Source: a virus (taxonomy: Duplodnaviria > Heunggongvirae > Uroviricota > Caudoviricetes). From it: DNA of 25,135 bases. Location of the stretch: the IMG/VR virus record IMGVR_UViG_3300043436_001089. One strand, given 5' to 3'. The notes under the pieces were generated by a model. It saw only the letters and a program-made list of their open reading frames with translations, was not told the DNA's origin and did not search any database. A program made the translations under genes and the position numbers. Below are positions 7,692 to 13,375 of this stretch, piece after piece. The first letter of the stretch is position 1. Each line of letters begins with the position of its first letter.

Positions 7692-9092
7692 ATGAAACTC
7701 GCAAAAAATCTTATCCTGAACACTGACAGTTACAAAGTCAGTATGTTCAAACAATACCCAGCAGGAACCACAGGTGTATACTCGTATATTGAGTCGAGGG
7801 GTGGGCGTTATGATAGCACAGTATTCTTCGGACTACAGGCTTTTATCAAAGAATACTTACTGGCGCCAATCACGCAGATGGATATTGACATCGCTGACGA
7901 AATCCTTACCGCACACGGTGAGCCTTTCAACCGAGCAGGATGGCAGTACATTCTTGACAAGCACAATGGATATCTCCCACTTGTCATTCGATCCGTCCCT
8001 GAGGGAACAGTTGTACCAGTTAAAAACGTCCTTGCTACAATCGAAAACACAGATCCAAACGTCCCTTGGTTGACTACTTGGGTTGAAACCCCGATCCTTC
8101 GAGCAGTGTGGTATGGTACTACTGTATCTACACAAAGCAAATTCATTAAAAACATCATCACAGAGTACTTGGAGAAGTCAGGTGACCCTACAACTATTGG
8201 TTTTAAGTTACATGATTTCGGTGCTCGTGGTGTCTCTAGCCTGGAGTCTGCTGGTATCGGTGGTGCCGCACACCTTGTTAACTTCATGGGGACTGATACC
8301 CTCAGCGGTATACTGTTGGCTCGTGAATATTACAACGCTGGTGTTGCTGGTTTCTCCATCCCAGCCGCTGAACACAGTACTATCACTAGTTGGGGTCGTG
8401 CCGGTGAAGTAAAAGCCTACAGCAACATGGTCAAGCAGTTTGGTGTACCAGGTGCATTGTTGGCAGTAGTGTCTGACAGTTACGACATTTACGAAGCATG
8501 CCGCATGTGGAGTACCGGTGACTTGAAACAGCAAGTGATTGACAGTGGTGCTACAGTTGTGATTCGTCCTGACAGTGGTGATCCTGTAGAAGTGTTGCCA
8601 AAGATGTTCCGCATCTTGGCTGAAGGCTTCGGCTACACTACAAACACTAAAGGCTACAAAGTACTGAACAATGTTCGTGTACTGTGGGGCGATGGTATCA
8701 ACCAGTTGAGCATCAAGTCAATTCTCAGCGTAATGGTTGACATGCATGGCTACAGTGCAGATAACATTGCATTCGGTATGGGCGGTGCATTGTTGCAACA
8801 ACTTGACCGCGATACTCAAAAGTTCGCTATGAAGTGTTCAAGTGCAGAAGTCAACGGTGAATGGATTGATGTGTTCAAAGATCCAATCACTGACCAAGTG
8901 AAAGCCTCTAAGAAAGGTCGTATCACTCTTTGGCAGTCTGGTGGTGAGTTTCAATCTAGTGTTGAACAACCAAAAGGATGGACTGACAAGGGTATTGGTC
9001 CTTGGACAGAGGCACTGGTTGAAGTGTATCGTGATGGTAAACTCATCCGAGAATACACCTTTGACGAAGTTCGTGCGAACAGCATGAAATAA
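7692..9092 (+). CDS. nadV: nicotinamide phosphoribosyltransferase (NAMPT)
   Basis: 466 aa; TDSYK, HDFGARG, NFMGTDT (Asp typical of nicotinamide specificity), PAAEHS, VSDSYD, IRPDSGDP, WGDGI, FGMGGALLQ, SKKGR. Confidence 0.92.
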   Translation: MKLAKNLILNTDSYKVSMFKQYPAGTTGVYSYIESRGGRYDSTVFFGLQAFIKEYLLAPITQMDIDIADEILTAHGEPFNRAGWQYILDKHNGYLPLVIRSVPEGTVVPVKNVLATIENTDPNVPWLTTWVETPILRAVWYGTTVSTQSKFIKNIITEYLEKSGDPTTIGFKLHDFGARGVSSLESAGIGGAAHLVNFMGTDTLSGILLAREYYNAGVAGFSIPAAEHSTITSWGRAGEVKAYSNMVKQFGVPGALLAVVSDSYDIYEACRMWSTGDLKQQVIDSGATVVIRPDSGDPVEVLPKMFRILAEGFGYTTNTKGYKVLNNVRVLWGDGINQLSIKSILSVMVDMHGYSADNIAFGMGGALLQQLDRDTQKFAMKCSSAEVNGEWIDVFKDPITDQVKASKKGRITLWQSGGEFQSSVEQPKGWTDKGIGPWTEALVEVYRDGKLIREYTFDEVRANSMK

Positions 9093-9116
9093 AGAAAGGG
9101 GCACTTGCCCTTTTCT
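9093..9116 (+). terminator. intrinsic terminator after nadV
   Basis: AGAAAGGGGC-ACTT-GCCCTTTTCT hairpin, T-rich 3' side. Confidence 0.7.
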
Positions 9117-9118
9117 TC

Positions 9119-9147
9119 TATGCAACAAATCCAAACTCGCATATAAT
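9119..9147 (+). promoter_or_regulatory. variant early promoter with degenerate -35
   Basis: TATGCA, 17 nt, TATAAT; spacer ACAAATCCAAACTCGCA resembles that of the promoter at 250. Confidence 0.55.
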
Positions 9148-9184
9148 ACAAGTTCTAAATCGTTAAATTGTTTGAAAGAAATTC

Positions 9185-10243
9185 ATGACTCGTTTTATTA
9201 AAAATGGCAATCACTTCATGGTAGCATCCGAAGAATCTATGGATGTGCGCAATGAGTTGCCGCCCGGTAATTACACTGTTAAAGAAATGCCAATGGGCGG
9301 CCCGTTGTATCTAGAACATATTGATAGTTTCACTCCGCTTTCTAAAGTGTACGGTGACTGTTTGAAGAACACTGATCGGGTTATTCGTACTTTCATGGAT
9401 CGTCCTGCGGCTACTGGCATTATGCTGACTGGTGAGAAGGGTTCTGGTAAAACATTGTTGACCAAGAACATTGCGATTGAATTGGCAAAGCAAGGTATCC
9501 CTACTATTGTTATCAACGCCGCATGGCATGGTGACAAGTTCAATAGCTTCATTCAAACTATCACTCAGCCATGCGCTATCTTGTTTGATGAATTTGAAAA
9601 GACTTATGACCGTGATGAACAGGAAGCAATCTTGACTTTGCTTGATGGAGTGTTCCCTTCTAAAAAGTTGTTCATGTTGACAACTAACGACAAGTACCGT
9701 GTTGACTATCACATGCGTAATCGTCCTGGTCGTATTTTCTACATGCTTGACTTTAAAGGTCTGGATGCTGAGTTCATTCGTGAATACTGCGAAGACAATT
9801 TGAAGAATACTAGCCAGATTGACAAGATTGTGAATATCTCTAGCTTGTTCTCAGAATTCAACTTTGACATGCTGAAAGCATTGGTTGAAGAAATGAATCG
9901 CTACGATGAATCTCCGCAGGAAGCATTGCGTATGTTGAACGCTAAGCCTGAGTTCGATGGCGGCTCCAAGTACGATGTTGAAGTTGTACATAACGGTGAA
10001 CTGGTCAAGGGCGATGTTAACCCTGCAGTCTTTAACGGTAACCCACTACAACCAAAAGGTGTCGAAATTTCTTTTGATGCTGACCCTGATGGTGATACTG
10101 ATTGGGAATACATGGAGTTCAATGCTAACGCATTGGTCTCTGTTGATGCACAAGCAGGTAAGTTTGTCTTTGAGGACAAAGGTACTCGTCTGACACTGAC
10201 TAAGGTCAAGAATAAGAGCTATGACTTCTACGGCGCTTTTTGA
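9185..10243 (+). CDS. AAA+ family ATPase
   Basis: Walker A GEKGSGKT, Walker B ILFDEFEK, sensor LTTN, NRPGRI arginine-finger region. Confidence 0.88.
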   Translation: MTRFIKNGNHFMVASEESMDVRNELPPGNYTVKEMPMGGPLYLEHIDSFTPLSKVYGDCLKNTDRVIRTFMDRPAATGIMLTGEKGSGKTLLTKNIAIELAKQGIPTIVINAAWHGDKFNSFIQTITQPCAILFDEFEKTYDRDEQEAILTLLDGVFPSKKLFMLTTNDKYRVDYHMRNRPGRIFYMLDFKGLDAEFIREYCEDNLKNTSQIDKIVNISSLFSEFNFDMLKALVEEMNRYDESPQEALRMLNAKPEFDGGSKYDVEVVHNGELVKGDVNPAVFNGNPLQPKGVEISFDADPDGDTDWEYMEFNANALVSVDAQAGKFVFEDKGTRLTLTKVKNKSYDFYGAF

Positions 10244-10247
10244 GACT

Positions 10248-10276
10248 AAAATGTGTACTTAATCAGTACACATTTT
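10248..10276. repeat. perfect 12-bp inverted repeat (terminator- or operator-like)
   Basis: AAAATGTGTACT-TAATC-AGTACACATTTT. Confidence 0.75.
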
Positions 10277-10284
10277 TAATACAT

Positions 10285-10385
10285 AAGTATTCAATTTATC
10301 GGTTCTGGGACGCTAGGACCGATACTTTTTTCAGGAACGCATACTGACATACATCTAGCAAAAACAGAAAAGGTTGACAATAAAT
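10285..10385 (+). repeat. promoter-upstream repeat, copy A
   Basis: 74/101 identical without gaps to 11120-11220; identical 21-mer ACGCTAGGACCGATACTTTTT. Confidence 0.85.
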
Positions 10386-10402
10386 CACTTTGGGTATACA
10401 AT
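10374..10402 (+). promoter_or_regulatory. sigma70-type early promoter
   Basis: TTGACA, 17 nt, TACAAT. Confidence 0.8.
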
Positions 10403-10434
10403 AGAATCTTAGACAGTTAAATAAAGGACTTAAA

Positions 10435-10719
10435 ATGACATTGCAAGAAATCAATCGCTCTATCATCAGTGGCACTTTCTCTAATGAGGATCTGAATTCT
10501 ATCGGGGATGCTATCAAGTTTGCCCGTTCTCAAATTGCAAATAAAAACAAATTTACACTGGTTAAAGGTACTAGTGTGAAGTTCACAAATTCGCGGTCGG
10601 GACAAACAGTGGTTGGCACTGTTGAAAAAGTCAACCGCAAATTTATCATTGTTCAGGAAAAAGGTAAGGCATTTGGTGGCTCATGGAGAGTTCCTGCTAA
10701 CATGTTGTCTGCCGCTTAA
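10435..10719 (+). CDS. hypothetical protein, possible C-terminal SH3-like beta-barrel
   Basis: AAGGA RBS; VKF...GTVEKVNRKFIIV...WRVPANML pattern. Confidence 0.8.
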   Translation: MTLQEINRSIISGTFSNEDLNSIGDAIKFARSQIANKNKFTLVKGTSVKFTNSRSGQTVVGTVEKVNRKFIIVQEKGKAFGGSWRVPANMLSAA

Positions 10720-10732
10720 TAAGGAAAAAATC

Positions 10733-10921
10733 ATGGCTGTAATTAAATTTATTTTTTGGCTTGCTGTAATAGCACTTATCATTGTTGCAGGTCCGCTATT
10801 GACCTTGTGGGCAATGAATACATTGTTCCCTGCTCTTGCGATTCCTTACTCTATTGAGACTTGGTTCGCAGTCATCATCCTCGCAGGCGTATTTAAGTCA
10901 AACGTAAAGGCAACCAAATGA
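10733..10921 (+). CDS. small membrane protein with two hydrophobic segments (62 aa)
   Basis: start trimmed to MAVIKF (AAGGA RBS). Confidence 0.75.
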   Translation: MAVIKFIFWLAVIALIIVAGPLLTLWAMNTLFPALAIPYSIETWFAVIILAGVFKSNVKATK

Positions 10922-11091
10922 GCAAAGTAAACGAATTGTATCTGGATATCGAATTGATGCTGGAGCAGGGTACCCACCCTGCTACAATCTCCGCAGTACT
11001 TGATGTGCCGGTTTCTTGGGTCTATGAGGTTCTAGATGACGCCGAAAAACCCGATGAAGATTTTAGCCCCTTTAAAACAGTCAATAGTTAA
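10918..11091 (+). CDS. 57-aa acidic hypothetical, possible short HTH-like (not in ORF track)
   Basis: MSKVNELYLDIELMLEQGTHPATISAVLDVPVSWVYEV...; ATGA overlap, AAGG RBS. Confidence 0.65.
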   Translation: MSKVNELYLDIELMLEQGTHPATISAVLDVPVSWVYEVLDDAEKPDEDFSPFKTVNS

Positions 11092-11119
11092 TACTGTAGT
11101 ACTACTTTTTGGTGAACTA

Positions 11120-11220
11120 AAGTATTCATTTTGATGCCATAGGAACGCTAGGACCGATACTTTTTGCAGGAATGCATCTTGATACAGTTCTAGCGTTTTT
11201 ACCAAAAGTTGACAATAAAT
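11120..11220 (+). repeat. promoter-upstream repeat, copy B
   Basis: ungapped homolog of 10285-10385 at the same offset to TTGACA. Confidence 0.85.
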
Positions 11221-11237
11221 GGGCATGGTGATATACT
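11209..11237 (+). promoter_or_regulatory. sigma70-type early promoter
   Basis: TTGACA, 17 nt, TATACT, with TGn. Confidence 0.8.
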
Positions 11238-11267
11238 ATGTCTATAGATTGATTAAAGGAGTTGTTC

Positions 11268-11495
11268 ATGGAATATCAGTGCTTTTATCTGAACCCTGAG
11301 TACAAACTGGCTCACGATGACGATGCCGAACTGTTGTTTGAAACTGACAACTTGGGCGAAGCGTGTACTTTCGTGTACAATAAATTCAACCAAGAAAAGC
11401 GTGACATCGCAGTTTACCAGCCCCGCAATCAGGGCTACTGTCAATACTACCAAAACAAGCTCCGCAATTCTAAAGGTCAATTCGTAAAAGGTTGA
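11268..11495 (+). CDS. small hypothetical early protein (75 aa)
   Basis: start trimmed to MEYQ (AAGGAG RBS); stop inside the next -35. Confidence 0.75.
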   Translation: MEYQCFYLNPEYKLAHDDDAELLFETDNLGEACTFVYNKFNQEKRDIAVYQPRNQGYCQYYQNKLRNSKGQFVKG

Positions 11496-11520
11496 CAATA
11501 AATCAGTTTGGGCATATAAT
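11492..11520 (+). promoter_or_regulatory. sigma70-type early promoter
   Basis: TTGACA, 17 nt, TATAAT. Confidence 0.85.
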
Positions 11521-11550
11521 CTATACATAGATTGAAACAAAGGAAACGAA

Positions 11551-11781
11551 ATGACCAAGCAATTCGTACAAGTTAGTGCCCAAAAAGACAGCAACAATTT
11601 TGCACTCTGTAGCAACCTGAGCATCATGGCATATGATGGTCTGACTGCCGAGCAGGCCCTGTGCAAATTGCAGGAGATGGCGGATGAATATGGAGCGAAG
11701 GGTTACGATATCGAATGGATTCGTAGCGATTTCGATGCAATTGACGAAGAAATGTACGGCGACTTGTTTGCCCAAATTTGA
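11551..11781 (+). CDS. small acidic hypothetical early protein (76 aa)
   Basis: AAGGA RBS; stop inside the next -35. Confidence 0.75.
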   Translation: MTKQFVQVSAQKDSNNFALCSNLSIMAYDGLTAEQALCKLQEMADEYGAKGYDIEWIRSDFDAIDEEMYGDLFAQI

Positions 11782-11806
11782 CAATAAATGGTTTTGGTGC
11801 TATAAT
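11778..11806 (+). promoter_or_regulatory. sigma70-type early promoter
   Basis: TTGACA, 17 nt, TATAAT, with TGn. Confidence 0.85.
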
Positions 11807-11838
11807 AGAATCTTAAACAGTCAACTAAAGGAAACGAA

Positions 11839-12264
11839 ATGGCTTACTTCAATCAAGAACGCAAAAAAGAACGTGCTCCGGTTATCAAATCTATCCTGAA
11901 AAAGTACGGTGTCAAAGGTTCGCTTGCTGTGCGTAACCACTCTACTTTTGTCCTGAACGTCAAGTCGGGTTCTGTTGACTTTATTGAAAACTATATCAAG
12001 ACCGATGCTGACAAAAACTACGGTAACAAATTGTCGCAGGATCAAATCGACTATATCCGTAACAACAAATCTTTGGATGTGAATCCCTACTGGTATCAAG
12101 AACACTATTCGGGTAAGGCTCTTTCTTTCCTTAAGGAAGTGTTTACTGCAATGAACAAAGGTAATCACGACAATTCGGATGTCCAAACTGACTACTTTGA
12201 TGTGGGTTGGTATGTTGATGTGAACATTGGTTCTTGGGACAAGCCCTACACTTTGGAAAAATAA
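11839..12264 (+). CDS. conserved-looking phage hypothetical protein (141 aa)
   Basis: AAGGA RBS; aromatic/acidic C-terminus SDVQTDYFDVGWYVDVNIGSWDKPY. Confidence 0.8.
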   Translation: MAYFNQERKKERAPVIKSILKKYGVKGSLAVRNHSTFVLNVKSGSVDFIENYIKTDADKNYGNKLSQDQIDYIRNNKSLDVNPYWYQEHYSGKALSFLKEVFTAMNKGNHDNSDVQTDYFDVGWYVDVNIGSWDKPYTLEK

Positions 12265-12265
12265 A

Positions 12266-12421
12266 ATGAATCAATATTGGATCCTCGTAAAATATAAAGA
12301 CGAACCTGGTGCAGGCTTTGGACGCATGTATATTAATGCTGACAATCCTTTCCAAGCAATCCAAATGGCTAAAGGTATGTATGGACGTTTGCTGATTAGT
12401 GAATCAGCGAACGTGGTGTAA
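12266..12421 (+). CDS. small hypothetical protein (51 aa)
   Basis: start trimmed to MNQYW, immediately after the upstream stop. Confidence 0.65.
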   Translation: MNQYWILVKYKDEPGAGFGRMYINADNPFQAIQMAKGMYGRLLISESANVV

Positions 12422-12438
12422 TTCGGGCAAATGAGTGG

Positions 12439-12467
12439 TTGACAGTTATAACGCCCGGTGTTATAAT
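12439..12467 (+). promoter_or_regulatory. sigma70-type promoter embedded in an 11-bp inverted repeat
   Basis: TTGACA, 17 nt, TATAAT; GTTGACAGTTA(12438-12448)/TAACTGTCAAC(12470-12480). Confidence 0.8.
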
Positions 12468-12524
12468 AGTAACTGTCAACATTGACATTTTATTAACTTA
12501 GTCTAATCTTAAAGGGAACTTATA

Positions 12525-12917
12525 ATGGCTAACGCAAATCAAACTTTCAAAGTCGCTGGTATCACTGTTCATAATGGTAATGCTAAGGTTCGTTTCACTG
12601 ATGATATGGTTCGCCGTATCAAACAGTTTACTAAAGGTGGCGCAACCCGCGTTGACTTTATTGAATTGCCGAGTGAGATGACCAAGCTTGAAGCACTTGC
12701 TTATATGGCAAAACATGCAGAATTTCAATCTGCTGAGGATCAGGCAACTATTGCGGATACTACTTCTGACAAGACAAAAGAAGCAAGTAAAGGTACTGTA
12801 AAAGTTAAGGCATCCAAGCCTAGCATTGAATCTATCAAGGCTCGTGGCAAGAAGAAAGAAGTCACACCCGAGCAAGTTCTCGCGGCCGCTGACTTGCATA
12901 ACGTGGATCCCGCATAA
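12525..12917 (+). CDS. hypothetical protein with Lys-rich C-terminal tail, possibly nucleic-acid binding
   Basis: 130 aa; AAGGG RBS; KTKEASKGTVKVKASKPSIESIKARGKKK. Confidence 0.8.
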   Translation: MANANQTFKVAGITVHNGNAKVRFTDDMVRRIKQFTKGGATRVDFIELPSEMTKLEALAYMAKHAEFQSAEDQATIADTTSDKTKEASKGTVKVKASKPSIESIKARGKKKEVTPEQVLAAADLHNVDPA

Positions 12918-12919
12918 CT

Positions 12920-13108
12920 ATGAAGCTGTCTACTAAACTTTCAAAAGTAGGTGACAACCTTACTGTCCACATGTATGACAACGGCTTTATGGTTGAAGTA
13001 TCCGGTCGCAATGACGATGACGACTGGAAGACTGCAAAGATCATGTGCCCAACATTGAATGACGTATATACCGTGATTGAAGAAGCGGCAGCTATGGTAA
13101 AGGAATAA
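12920..13108 (+). CDS. small hypothetical protein (62 aa)
   Basis: tight operon packing. Confidence 0.7.
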   Translation: MKLSTKLSKVGDNLTVHMYDNGFMVEVSGRNDDDDWKTAKIMCPTLNDVYTVIEEAAAMVKE

Positions 13109-13109
13109 G

Positions 13110-13346
13110 ATGAACCTTCAAACATTTCGCCGATCATTTAATCCACGCCGTGAATTTGATCCTACTAGTCATGAGGATTTGATTGAACTGAAGTATTTTA
13201 AAGATAATGGCAAATGGAGGAACGGTTGTCCTTTCTATGTAGAAGACCCTTTCATTGAAGTGCCCGCAATGTGTTATTTCAAGTATAGTGAACACATGCT
13301 ATCACAACTAAAAGTCACTACACGAAAACAAAAAAGCCCCAAATGA
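13110..13346 (+). CDS. small hypothetical protein (78 aa)
   Basis: AAGGA RBS; last + strand gene before the terminator. Confidence 0.7.
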   Translation: MNLQTFRRSFNPRREFDPTSHEDLIELKYFKDNGKWRNGCPFYVEDPFIEVPAMCYFKYSEHMLSQLKVTTRKQKSPK

Positions 13347-13358
13347 GGGGCTTTTTTT
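13330..13358. terminator. bidirectional intrinsic terminator between convergent blocks
   Basis: AAAAAAGCCCC-AAATGA-GGGGCTTTTTTT. Confidence 0.88.
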
Positions 13359-13375
13359 ATGGCTACGTCGGGTGC

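Noticed and set aside
10285-11839. Recurring TTGACAATAAAT repeats as a CRISPR array or integron attC sites
   Set aside because: Spacing is irregular and the intervening DNA consists of whole genes; the repeats are promoter-shaped; no cas gene or integrase is present; attC core-site symmetry was not found.
12482-12526. Second TTGACA (12482) and TATAAT (12521) as an extra promoter
   Set aside because: The spacing is 33 nt, and the TATAAT overlaps the start codon.
50-13137. Many - strand ORFs in the track (e.g. 805-1368, 2690-3361, 3389-3868, 7808-8287, 12498-12899) and alternate-frame + ORFs
   Set aside because: They are shadows of motif-bearing + strand genes, with no RBS/promoter support or recognisable motifs.
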